Positions 38,423 to 51,473 of a stretch of 64,000 nucleotides of DNA are shown here, one piece after another. The notes beneath the pieces are model-generated. The model did no database searches, had not been told where the DNA came from, and was given only the letters and a program-made list of their open reading frames with translations. Within the stretch, counting starts at the first letter, position 1. Each line of letters opens with the position of its first letter. The stretch is taken from assembly GCA_048013815.1 (NCBI GenBank), contig CM106586.1:4588001-4652000 (forward strand), read 5' to 3'. The position numbers and the translations under genes were made by a program. This stretch comes from Setoptus koraiensis. Its lineage: Eukaryota; Animalia; Arthropoda.

Positions 38423-41400
38423 AGTGCCGGCCAGTTAGTCGACACACAAGCCGATATAGGGACCCACTCATTGGCTAAACATCGGCCGGTTACGCTCCAT
38501 GTGAAATACAGACACAGAGACAAAAATACAGCTAAAAATGGTTGCTCTGCTGGTGCGTTGTTTGGTTAGTTAGCTTGTTAACAAGTAATATCATTAGTGT
38601 GGCGAGACGACAACTCAATTGACAACAGAGTCTAGATGCCTCCAATGGACACTGGCGCATCTCTGTCCGGCGCTCGCCGATAACGCCCGGCTTTGCTCCT
38701 TCTGTGTCCATGCCTAACCTGACCGACCATTTATAACGGCATCGCCACTTCAGGCAAACAACTGACACATTGCATGACACATTACATGTTGATGAACATG
38801 TAATCAACATGTCGTAATCAGTTGGCTCTAGTTAGTGCACGCTGGCTGTGCCGCTGGTGGCCGAGCTCGACACTAAGACGCTCAAATACTAAAATAATCA
38901 CCTCATGGTCACTAACAGCAAACATAATGGAACGCGCATCGAACATCCAGCGTTAGCCACAACAACGGCCAGTTCAACTGTTAACATGTTCCATTGTTGC
39001 GTCATCATCGGCACTAATGGCCGGACGGAGCCCCGGTGCCGACTCGCCGGAAGTCGTCAGTGTGTGTTGCGCCCATTGACTGTCGATGATGTCAGTTAGA
39101 TTATCCAACTTAGATCGCTTATGACGGCCTAGCAACGGGTAACACCGGACGCCATTTTGAAACTTGTCCAGTCCGGCTAGGGTTATCCGATCAAAACGTG
39201 CTGCTCCCAGGTGATGGTGCCCCGAAATTGTTTGTATTTGGATTTGTTTTCAGTTGGAATCGTTCGAATTCGGAACTGTCTGCGTTCGGAGCTGTTTGCA
39301 TCAGCTTGCATGCCAACGGATTTGCCGGTTTGTGTGTCGCGGGTGCTAGCAGTCAATCGGTTCGCTGCGATCCACAATAAACGAGCTGGCGCGAACACAC
39401 GCTCGCAATCAACAAGTGGCTACAAATAACTTACCTGTGAGTTTCACAATTCAAGAACAATACTGGCGCTGTTGTGTTGATCGCATGCTAATTGCATCAT
39501 TTGAATAGAACAACAAATTCTCGATGGCGCTGGCTACTTGAGGGCTTCGGTTTGCCGGCTTGCTCTTGTTCACTTTGTGTTTACTTTGTTAGTTTTGTTG
39601 CTGTTTCGTGTTGATTTGTGTTGCCGCTAAACAGTTATCATGAAACAATAAATATGAGTTTATCTTTGGTGGTGCTTGTTATCGTTGCTGTATTAACCGT
39701 TAGGTTGCCGATTAAAAGGACAGATATGCCAAATACGTAAAATACGTTAACATTTCACCTGCTAACGTGTAGCATTTATGCGTTGTGCGATGCGCCAGGT
39801 AAATGAACAACTTTTTGGCTGTAATTGGTCTTCTTAGACTAAAACTGTATTAGTTACTGTAATGACTGTACTGTTACTACTAATGACGGCATATTTGCGA
39901 GACTCACATTTGCGCCGGCCACTCACAACAATCCTCGATGCTTCGACACGCTGACCGTTCGAACAGTCGCACAACGGCAAGCTCGAAAACTAACGGTTAC
40001 AATTGGCGCGCTTAGGCTCCGCCTCGATTATTTTCGAAATCATCGCTGCCAGACCATCCATGTGACAAGTGTACGGCGGCGGTGTGGTCACGGTCTGGCA
40101 AGACAGCCACTAGCGGTCAGTCCAGCGAGAGAGAGAAAGGGGGGATCTGAGCGCCAGATTCCGACGACGACGTCGACGACGACAACAACGATGAGAAATA
40201 AAAAGAAAGAGAGAGAAAAAAGACGGCAGACAAAAAAGAGAAAAAAAAGCGAATCACTTAAAATTGTATGCGCATAGTAATCAAGTAAATAATGAATCGT
40301 TGATGTTCCCTGGCCACGGTGACCATAATGACGAAAAGTTATATCATGGTCGCCTGGTCTGGCATGACCAGTCAGCATACATGTGTTGTTTGCAAACAAT
40401 CAACAATTAGATTAATTCTCTCTCAAGCGCCACCTTGGTGGACAAAAATAAAATGCATCCGCAAGCTCGATATATTTATCAATAACTAACGATTCACTCG
40501 AAGCAACTGTCGATGGATGCCATAATCTAATCTTGGCCTTATGATGACTGTCATGTAATGTGTGATGGACATTAATTAGTTGTAAGTAACACAATGCAAG
40601 TGTCTCAACAATATTGGTAATAACGGTAATGATCATTGCGGCCGGAGCACATATGCCAAAGAACAAATAGGTCCGTCGGAATCATTTTCCATGTCATGTT
40701 CTGCGCTGCTGAGTCGCTGCGGCCTCAACAACTCGACACGACGCTGACAATAGCAACAATCACATTTGGCCAGGCTGTGTTTATTATGTAATCACCTAAA
40801 CATGTACATGTGGTAGTTGGTATTGCGTAACTATGTTCGCATCAGCGCCATACTATGGCAGCCATAGGAGCCGCTAGAGCGAGTTGCCCTGAATGTCAGT
40901 TGCTAATGGTGTCCTTGGCAATGATCATTAGGATCACACAAACACAACTATTCTTTTGTAGTTACTATTTGTTGTTATCTAACAAATTGTAACTGTAATG
41001 GTCAAAACTGTAATGGAACGATTGAATTGATATGATGAATTCAATTGTCGTCATCATCATGGTGATGTCATGACGTGAGCTAACAAGCGCCGACAAAAAA
41101 CAACAGCGCCGATTGTTTGATGTAATGATGATGAATTGTATGTATAGTAATCATGATGATGATAATCATATTGAATTCACTAGTTTACAACGGGAACACA
41201 CACAAACATGCTGACAGAGATGATCTGTTTGGTATCGCACACAAACAAATCAAACACACTGGTGTTCCTGAAATACTATTGTTGCTATTGACCAGATGAA
41301 ATGGTTCACTGGTCAAATGTTGATATCATCATGTCATGTCATGAATAAAGACTCTGTCTATTAGCTGTTGTGCGCGTCTCACAACAACGACAACAACGAC

Positions 41401-42409
41401 GACGCAACAATAGCAATGATATTTGTGTGTTGACCCTGTCCACTAATAAAAATAATATAATAATACGACTACAACGTAACTGTAACGGTGGTGATGGTCT
41501 CATTTTCGTGCCTCGTCAGTTGGTGTTAACAACAGGTTGAGCAAGCATAAACAAACACACAACGGACACTCACCCAAAGAGCCTTAGCTTTGCTGATTCA
41601 ACAGTTGCACCGTTATTAGGTGTGCTCCGGTTGCCTGGGTTACGCATACGTTGGCTTATTCAATTACATATGTACATCTACTTATTATTAGTATGTATGT
41701 AGTTAGTGTGCACATGAAAAGTCCAATTGTCCAGTTGATTGTTGCCAATTCTTTTGATTAACTTCAAATGGTCAACGACACACTACAGCAACAACACTAC
41801 AGTAAATTGATTTCATCACTGTGGCCTGTCTTGACGACGACGACGACGACAACTAAATAAAACTGAATAATCAGCGCGACGCCATTAGGAGAAAAACGAA
41901 ACTGGAACAAGTGAGCCCGTTCACTTGTCTTCTGATGAATCTGTGTCGTCGGTTGTGTGTGTGTGCGTGTGTGTGTGAGCAGCGGCAGCAACGAACAGGA
42001 AGTTGCTAGAAAGTTGCAATCGGATCACTGTGGAATTAAACACACGACTCCATTTCAAGGATACCCGGCGATCTTGGTGAAGAACGCGACACAAGCGAGC
42101 TACAATCCTCCGTTTTCACAATGAACACAAACAATGATTGTCCGTCGATCACAAGCATTTTGCAAACGCCAAGCCCGCAGAGTTTTTGTACGTTGGCGGT
42201 GGAATGATTTTTTGCTAGCGATTGTATGTGTGCTATACCGGCACTAACTACACTGCATACCTTATAAACTAATGCTAATTATAATAGACAACCGACAGCA
42301 CGCTGCCGAGACGCCAAGGATACAAATGACATCATTGCAGCCATTCAAGGGCCTACAGTCGACACTGTCATGTGGGCTACATGATGTAGCCAATGAGGTG
42401 AATGGCTAT

Positions 42410-42446
42410 CAATGCAGATCACCTGAAAATTAGGTGATCTGCATTG
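42410..42446. other. Perfect 15-bp-stem hairpin
   Basis: CAATGCAGATCACCT-gaaaatt-AGGTGATCTGCATTG. Confidence 0.9.
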
Positions 42447-43159
42447 TCGTGATGCGTTGCGTAATGTCGACAAGCCCCAAATTGAGCCACTTTGCAGATA
42501 TTAGTGCGCTCATCTGGAGGCTCTCGCGTTAGCAGTTTTGGTGCAATTGAGTTAGATGCGCGTGCGTCTGCTGGTCAGACTATTGCAGCCTGTACTTCAC
42601 CGATACGATCCACTGTACTGTATAAATAAAAAATCTGCTGTTTATATACAAAATATATTGTAAACAACCAACTGTACAATACAGAAGATTATAGATACCA
42701 ACTGTATGCTAGCAACGGACTGTATGTAAACAACGGACTATATACGGCACTATTCTCGGAATTGTTTGTCAGACAAGACGTTTGTCAGATATCAGACTCA
42801 CTGTACAAACTCCATATCCGATACAGTTGCTTCTACGGCCCCTACAAGCGAAAGTCTCGCGCTGCTAAGTAACTGCTAATTAGCGAGCCCGTGCCATCAG
42901 CACTACAGTTTGGGATTGCAGCAACTTTCATTATCTAGGATAATTTATCCGCAAATATACAGTAAATCTGTTTATCTACAGCCCTACAAGCAATAGTGAT
43001 CCTCAGCAAGCATCAAATCTAACATACAATTCAGATTCAACATACAAGTAGCAATTCTCTGCTGCTCAAGAGAATTCACTGGACAAATCCGGCACTTCGT
43101 CGATATCAATTAATCAATATCGACGGGTATATTGTGACCACAAATCGAGCACATTGGTC

Positions 43160-44184
43160 ATGTTCAAGCCATCGCTGAAGAGCTCGAACAATCTCAAAGG
43201 AGATTCGCCCTCGTTCGTGGCCTCCGTATCCAAGAGTCTGCCAAAAATTGGTCATCCCGACAAAGGTAGGTCCTCTCATACCCACTCATCAAGCCCACTC
43301 ATTTATTCTAGCGACAGCAGCATTGATCTTATCTAATTTTGTCAAATCTGTCTATTTTATCTTGTCAAATTATGTAATATTATATAATTTCCTTCACAGC
43401 AGGCTCCACTTACATCGTGCTGAAAGATGATCCGCCTTACAACAAGCCAGAACAGCGAACCAACGATGGCAGCAACAGTAAAAGGGCCAAATGTTGCACT
43501 AACTGTCTCAAGGCATTTATAATACTTTGTTGGGGATTTCTAATTGGATTCTTCCTGATAGGTGCCTATTTGAGAGTTTGTCGTCGTAGTACAGCCAGCA
43601 GCACTTCGAAATTGTATCAGGGCTCGAGACTTTACTCTTTTTTCATCACTTATGAAGAGAGGCCGCTTGTTCCAAACAATTTCGACTCAATTCTCAATCA
43701 TAATGCGTCCTCGGAACTCAACGGCGGCACCGGCGACTATCATGTCCAGGAGGACGAAGAGGAAACGATTGCCGCAATCAGGTACAGTCAGCTAACCTTG
43801 GAACAATATCAACCGTTATACGCTGTGAGCGACCCTACAAATTCATCGAAAATCAATGGGTGGTTCTATCATTTTTTAAATTCATTGCGCTCGAGAGAGA
43901 TGGAAACATCGGAGCAAGACAACCACAAAAATAATTTAATCAAGGTGTGGACTTACGCCTTGAATCAGGCTGCCGACACTGATCAATTGGCAACAACAAC
44001 AGTGGCAGACAATAGCTCGGAGAGCCAGATCAACAACGATGAGACAAAACAGAAGCAACATGGACAACTAGATAGTTCAAGTCAAGAGTCGCCCAATGAA
44101 TACAATTCAACCGATGATGCGACAACAACAAACAAGAACAATCAATCCGCTTCAATGGTGATGCAGCATGTTGCATGCTGCTAA
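43160..44184 (+). CDS. Orphan single-pass (type II-like) membrane protein, ~296 aa; exons 43160..43265 and 43400(or 43403)..44184
   Basis: A phase-1 donor AAAG|GTAGGT matches a phase-1 NAGNAG acceptor CACAG|CAG|GC. One hydrophobic helix (AFIILCWGFLIGFFLIGAYL) follows a KCCTNC cluster. No family recognised. Confidence 0.65.
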
Positions 44185-45800
44185 TGAGAAACCAATTAAG
44201 GAAACCAAAGCAAACGAAATCTAATGACATGACTACAAATTAGTCTAGTTTGTGCGATGATTATGTAATGTCAGCTATTTACTCAATTCTCACCACCAGT
44301 TTGAATAGCTGACGGTAGCTCAGACGCACTTTCATACTCATGTGCTCTCTATATACGTTATAATTTGATTTTATGGACAATAGATGACACTTTGATCTCA
44401 CGATTGACTAACAAGTTGGCAGCAAAAGACACACCTGACAACAGCATTCAAATACTCATGTCGCAAACATAAATACTAGAATATACTAGAATATGAAAAA
44501 ACAAAAACAAAAATAAATAGACTGCTAATGATTGCCGATGTTGTTGTTGTTGTTGTTGTTTTCAACGTAATGTTTTTGTTGATCTGGGGTCATGTTGCAT
44601 TACGTCACAGAGTGACAAGATCAACCATTTTAAACACCATCAAAGTTATGTCATGGCTGCTCCACACAGCGTATCACTGTGAAAACTGGCGCATGAAAAC
44701 TACACAAGTGACGAACAACGACAACTGGCCCTTTAACATATTGCAAGTTAGTTGGCATACGAATTGCATAATTAACAAGTGCTAAGAACAACAAGTTTGC
44801 ATTGTGTGCCCACCGAGAGAATCCGCCACGTTCTAATAATAGCTGGATATTCTCTTGGTGATTTTAGTGTAGTAGTAGTGGTAGTAGTGGAGAGACCATG
44901 ACAACAACAATAGCAGAATCGCACCACTGAAAAGCACAGTCAGTGGCTCCCCCGCGCGGCCAGGTGAGCAAGTTGCAGTTGCACAACATTGCATCATGTT
45001 TATCAGTTGTTGTTTTTAACGCAATGTTGTTGTTGCTGATATATTTAGAAGTACAGAACGGATAGGTGCTTATTAACTGGCATAACTGCATGTGACAAGT
45101 GTGCTCATATGAGCAAATGTATATTTGCAAACAATAAGGCTAACAAGGATATTTATTGCGATTTATTTTATTGTCTAACTATCGGTCGTTGATTGTTTGA
45201 CTAACTCATTGTGACTCACGAGCCAACTATGGTCTATGTGCGCTTGCAAATTGCGTTGCTCACTGCGAGGAAGAGAGAGAGCGAGAGATAATAAAGGGGA
45301 GCAGATTCGATTCGCTAATTAGTGTTGATGCAATAACATTTGTAGGACAGTGTGAGTTCTTCTCACTCCTTCGTCGATTCAATCGTCGTCTAGAGGTCTA
45401 GTCACCGCGCCCACAATACACAGTCACAGCTTCGTATTTGGTAGAAACTATCCAATGACGACAAAATTATCATCACACACTTAAACATACACAGCCGAAA
45501 TAGCTGAGGTCCCCAATACGCTGCTACTATCTTCAGTGACAGTTGAGAGGCGAAAAGGAAGGGAACTGGGCGCGAATTGTTGCTACGGGACCAGTGGGCA
45601 AGTAGGCTCGCAGAGGATTCGTTTGGTGCCCCACATATAGACTGCACTGCATAAACTGCTGTTAGGGTACTGTTATGTCTGGATAGCGCAGACAAGTGAA
45701 TCCGTCTATTAGTGGAGCACTTACACAATCAACAAACAAGAGATAATAGTGTCGAAATGCTCGCAGAGAGCTGCTGCTGTCGCTGTTGTTGCTGCTGCTG

Positions 45801-46300
45801 NNNNNNNNNNNNNNNNNNNNNNNNNNNNNNNNNNNNNNNNNNNNNNNNNNNNNNNNNNNNNNNNNNNNNNNNNNNNNNNNNNNNNNNNNNNNNNNNNNNN
45901 NNNNNNNNNNNNNNNNNNNNNNNNNNNNNNNNNNNNNNNNNNNNNNNNNNNNNNNNNNNNNNNNNNNNNNNNNNNNNNNNNNNNNNNNNNNNNNNNNNNN
46001 NNNNNNNNNNNNNNNNNNNNNNNNNNNNNNNNNNNNNNNNNNNNNNNNNNNNNNNNNNNNNNNNNNNNNNNNNNNNNNNNNNNNNNNNNNNNNNNNNNNN
46101 NNNNNNNNNNNNNNNNNNNNNNNNNNNNNNNNNNNNNNNNNNNNNNNNNNNNNNNNNNNNNNNNNNNNNNNNNNNNNNNNNNNNNNNNNNNNNNNNNNNN
46201 NNNNNNNNNNNNNNNNNNNNNNNNNNNNNNNNNNNNNNNNNNNNNNNNNNNNNNNNNNNNNNNNNNNNNNNNNNNNNNNNNNNNNNNNNNNNNNNNNNNN
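45801..46300. other. Assembly gap (500 N), preceded by a GTT/CTG microsatellite
   Basis: Run of N; contiguity across it is not guaranteed. Confidence 1.
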
Positions 46301-46392
46301 AATATTATATTAAGGACACATTACTTATATTATAATATATACAAATACAACCTAATAGATCTCATTCGAAAGATCTGTCTCTATCCGAACAA

Positions 46393-49300
46393 ATGGAGGA
46401 TCAAGAGGAGGAGACGCCAAGAAAATCATTTTTGCTCATTGATGAACATGAGCTCATGCAAATTAATTCAGCAGAGGACTTTGCTCTGAAACTTGGATGC
46501 TCGCCAACAACTATAGCTAAGGTTGTGTCAATATTTGGTTCAATAGGGCATGGTAAGTAAAACATGAAGATCAACAGCACATTCTTTGATTATTGCATCA
46601 TCAACGTGCATGTTAACTGATCACAATATGAAATTCTAACTCTTATTTCACACTTTTGTTTGATAACTAGGAAAGTCATATACGCTAAATCATACCTTCT
46701 TCAACAGTGAGGATGTCTTTGAGACTTCATCGACACAAGATTCTTGCACTATTGGCATTTGGGCCGCTTATGATACAAAAAGAAAAGTCATCACGATTGA
46801 CACTGAGGGCCTACTTGGAGTATCAAGTAATTGTCAGCGCCGCACACGATTACTACTGAAAGTATTGGCTATTACAGATATCGTTATATATCGTACAAGA
46901 TCTGAGAGATTGGAAGATAACTTGTTTACATTCTTAGGAGATGCATCAAGAGTTTATATACAGCATTTCTCTAAGGAATTACGCAATGCATTCCAGAAAA
47001 TGCCCGGGAATTCTACAGGTTATACATTGTCTGATCTTGGTCCAGTTGTGATCATATTTCACGAAACAAGAGATACTGAACCATTGACTGCAGATTCTGG
47101 TCAAACGCGAGAGAGTATTATCAGAAAGCGCTTCACTACGTTGGGTCTTACAACAGAAGCCTTCTCAGCGATTGAATATGTTGGCATACAAACCCCAACG
47201 CGGCCAACGAATTTTGATCAGCTAAAGCAATGCATCAAGAGACAGATCAAAAATTCATCTGTTCGTACAGCAAGACCAATAGCAGTAATATATACGACCA
47301 TCAAACTATTAAATGAAAAATTCAATGGGGATATTGAGAAGACAGTACCATCGATGTTTCCCAATCAATATTTAACCTGTTCCACAGTGTGTCTTTCATG
47401 CAAGTAAGTATCTAGCTCTATCTTAGAATCCACGGAGCTTCTATTAATATCAATGTGCATCTACAAATCTAACATCCTACTCAAATTTTCGCTTTTAAAA
47501 TTTCTAGTGCCCGTTGCATCAATTCCATGAATCATCACCGAGACGGCAAAGGACACGAGACAGATGCCAAGTGCAAGTACCAACATCAATTTAACAATCA
47601 CATATTACATTGTAGGGCTTGTTATGAACGAGGCGACGATGTAATAGTTACACCCAAAACATGCTCGTCTAACGAGTCTCCATGGCTCGGTCTAGCCAAA
47701 TATGCCTGGGCTGGTTACGTATTAGAGTGCTCAAGATGTGGCGTCATATACAGAAGTCGTCAGTATTGGTTCGGCAACAAAGACACTTGGGATTCAGCTG
47801 TCAGGACTGATATCAGACATGTTTGGCCAGGAGTAAGTATTTCTCATTATATTATTCAAACGTCGCACTCTTACAATCATGTGATATGGTGGTTGTTGTA
47901 TCAGAGGAGTTTATCACCAGAGAACGCCTCTACTGCCACTGCTTTAGATCGCCTTTTTTGTCTTATCAGAGGAGACTACGAGCTATATTATATGCGACTT
48001 TACGTGATTTTGTTCGTTTCCGCAATTGAAAATTCCCAAAGAATGTTAAAATCTCCATGGGTAATTGTTAAATACAATGGGCTTATGTCTGCGACTCATT
48101 ATTACTCAATATTGGATCGTAATGCTCGCAGTTTTCCAATTCTCGATCACAACTCAAATGCTGCGAGTTTGTATTGTCAGCTCATAAAATTTTTTGACGT
48201 AAAACTGTCTGACTGTATAAAGTATTGCTCTACGTTCAGTCGAGTATATAACTAGTATTCGACAGTAAATCTTGAAAACAAAACAAACAGATAATAACAT
48301 GTGTGGTTAACCCTTTCTATACTTAGGAAGTATCTAAGCAGCTGCTGACAGAACCTTCAAGGCTAACCACTAGAACTTGTCGCTTAAGCAACTGTCAAAA
48401 CTACCAATATATTACCTCGCAAACAACTGCACACCATAACTGCTATTGGTATTGAAAGAAAAAGGGAAGAGAAGAATGACAGTTAGGCGCATAATCAAGC
48501 ATTATTATCTGAAACTAATTTAGTTATAACATTCGTGCGAATGTCAATATGTTTTCTGTTCGATAGAAAGTTATTCATGATGATTATAATTCTTGATTTT
48601 TTTCCTTTCTCTAAATTTGCTATCATCAGGAACTGAACAGGATGCAGGCTTCCCAGAATGCTGCTCAAAGAGTTTTGGATAGTGTCAACTATTTAACGGA
48701 GACAGTCACTAATATAAGCGCTAAACCGACTAAAATGGTTTCTGAATGGGTAGCCGATCAAATCGCACCCACTTATTGGATACCTAACTCTCGTATACTA
48801 CACTGCGCTTTGTGTGGTAATGAATTTGGTCAACTAGATCAAAAACATCATTGTCGTTTATGTGGAAATGGTTTATGTAGTACCTGCTCTAGTAAATCAA
48901 AGCCTGTTCCCGAACGCGGTTGGGGAGAAACAAGTGTCAGAGTCTGTGATAGATGTTATGAGCGTTCGGATCATTTGGCAACGCTCACCTCATTACCACC
49001 TTTACCACCCCAATCTACTATGCATAATCCGATCAATCAAAATCATGTCACCAATAATTGTTATAATAATGACGAAAGTTCACTGATTGCAATCAGCAAC
49101 AACAGTCACATTGATAATATAGCCTCTTCCCATCTACAGCAGCATCATATTACATCACCAACATCTTTCACTAATGCCAGTACCAAGAAGGACAAAAATA
49201 CAAAACCAATCCCCATAGTGTCATCATCTTCGAATTCATCATCAAACAACAATAGCTCCAATGATTACAATATTAATCAACAGTTTAATAATCACTCGTC

Positions 49301-49757
49301 ATCTGCATCTACCAGCAGTGGAAGTAGTCCAACTAAGCCATATCACGATGGAATAGTATCTCATAACAATCATACTGGCCTTATGGATGGCAACAATAAA
49401 ATGTCTGCAAATAATTTGCATAACAATTATGGGCTTAATGGTGACCAAACAACTGTAACAGCTAGAAAATTTGGTGAAGTATTGCAGAGCACTCTAAAAA
49501 CAGTTGTATCAGCCATAGACTATCCTCTCGGTGTTATTAAGGACTCAGCTAGGCCAGACTATTGGAAACCAGATTCACAAATAACAGAATGTGGCTTATG
49601 CAAGCAAAATTTCAACGATTTAGTCACAATACATCACTGCCGTAGATGTGGTGGCGGTTTCTGCCACGAGTGCTCAACTAGAACAAAACCAGTGCCAGAA
49701 CGAGGCTGGGGAGATGCCAATGTTCGTGTCTGTGACAAATGCTATAATTTAGATTGA
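46393..49757 (+). CDS. ZFYVE1: ZFYVE1/DFCP1 (GBP-like P-loop domain plus two FYVE fingers), 781 aa; exons 46393..46552, 46671..47403, 47508..47832, 48630..49757
   Basis: SFLLIDEHE, KVVSIFGSIGHG|KSYTLNHTFF, IDTEGLLG, LAKYAWAGYVLEC, IRHVWPG, DQIAP.YWIPNS and two KHHCR.CG..FC..CS....PVPERGWG...VRVCD.CY fingers. All three introns are GT-AG with matching phases. Confidence 0.93.
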
Positions 49758-50130
49758 TTTGTGTAGGATCATTATTCATAATCATCAATTCAAAAATACC
49801 GGTAGATGTTGATTAACCTATTATTATCCGTTCAGTTCCACCACAATTTGCACTACAATATCGACGCAAAAAAGAAGTAAAAAAAAAACAATTATAAATC
49901 TGCCTATTTGCCAAAATTGAATAAACCCGATTCTATCCTGATCGATTGATTTCCCGAATCTAAAAGATAGATACCCAGTAATGGTTAGAAGAGGGCCCAG
50001 GTTTCCAAAACCGCTGGTTTTTATCGGCCAGATTCTCCAAAGAACTAGAAAATGAAAATAAACTAACAAAAAAAAAAAAAAAGAAAATAGATGGATATAA
50101 ATAAAGGTTGAATTCTATTAATCACAAATT

Positions 50131-50934
50131 TTATCTCTTTTTAACTTTCTCCTGCTTAATTGACATGTTCAGCTTGTCTACAAACTCATCAGAAAGAACA
50201 TCTACACCTTCGAGCCTATCTAGATCGTCAAAATCATCATCTCTAGTCTGAGCCTCTTCGAGATTGATATCCTTTATTTCCGTGTTGTCTCCCTTGATAG
50301 CACCAGCTGTTCCTCTTATTGTCACCCTCAATCTGGCTTCGTTTATGTTCTTTCGAAAAAACCTCGCGCCTAACGGTTTTAAAGATGCCTCAATTTGATC
50401 TAGGACACTTTCTGCACCCTTTCTATTGTTTTCAAGAGTTATAATCAAACTTATTTCATGATTGCTAGCAAGCCATTTTTTTACATAACGCAACTTAGTC
50501 TGCAAATCATGAGCCTGTAATTTACTAGATACAACAATTCTCTTGATTTCAATTTCCCCTTCAGCCTTGGTTTTGCTAGATTTGCTGCCTATGCTCTCAG
50601 TTCGCAGGTCCTGGGGCTTTGTCAACTTGTACACTGCCTTACTTTTAGATGACACTGGAGTAATCAATTCTAATAGCATTTTTCTCTTTTTCGCCAAGTC
50701 ATCCGCCTCCTTTTTTGTTTTGATGCCGAGCACTTTATCTTCTTCATCCTGCAGAAGTATCAAGGTTTTAACACCCTCTGAATCCTTTGACGATTTGTTC
50801 GTGTGTAGATGGGCGAATATCTGAAGCGTTCGCGATATTTGGTTGTGACATGGACATTTCAAGGGATCCTTCGCGATATATCTGAGGTTCCATGCTGGTC
50901 TACTCAATAGGAGGGGCAGATGTTTTATCGACAT
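50131..50934 (-). CDS. MTIF3: Mitochondrial translation initiation factor 3-like, 267 aa
   Basis: Basic presequence and an IF3-C-like segment EIKRIVVSSKLQAHDLQTKLRYVKKWLASNHEISLII. Confidence 0.75.
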   Translation of the reverse strand: MSIKHLPLLLSRPAWNLRYIAKDPLKCPCHNQISRTLQIFAHLHTNKSSKDSEGVKTLILLQDEEDKVLGIKTKKEADDLAKKRKMLLELITPVSSKSKAVYKLTKPQDLRTESIGSKSSKTKAEGEIEIKRIVVSSKLQAHDLQTKLRYVKKWLASNHEISLIITLENNRKGAESVLDQIEASLKPLGARFFRKNINEARLRVTIRGTAGAIKGDNTEIKDINLEEAQTRDDDFDDLDRLEGVDVLSDEFVDKLNMSIKQEKVKKR

Positions 50935-51473
50935 GTCAGGAACCAGGACTCAATAGTCTCTCATAAAATATGTATCAATTTGTTTGTGCCAGGCTCACCA
51001 AGTGGTCCACCAAATGGTCTAATCGACATAACGTTTTTTTGTTTACCTCTGTTAGTGATATCGATGGCGCATTATTCGAACCAGCATGAACTAGTAGTTT
51101 AGAACTACTAATTCAAAACTAGAATTCTAATGATCTCCATCGGGGGGTGCTCTAGCATTTCGTTATTCGAAGCGTCTATATTCTATTTGATCTCAACAAT
51201 AAATTCAGAAACAAACTGAGCAGTCAAGTTATGCGAAGGATCGGCGATTGAATTATGAGTTAGGCTGATCTAATCGTCGCTCACTAACTAATCCAGACGT
51301 AACAAGTTCTTTTGGTATTTTTTATTATTTCTGGACAATGTGTCTGTCTTGTGTGTGCACAATTTAGAACTTTTATTCGTGTTTGACATACTTTAGTGGT
51401 TGTTTACGTAGTGATATCAATACTTCTGAACTAATATGATGACTGCCATCAAATGACACTTTCTCTCTTTTTA

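Noticed and set aside
45712-46489. ORFs spanning the N run
   Set aside because: Artefacts of the assembly gap.
51050-51100. GGTTCGAAT T-loop-like sequence on the minus strand
   Set aside because: No cloverleaf or D-arm; not a tRNA.
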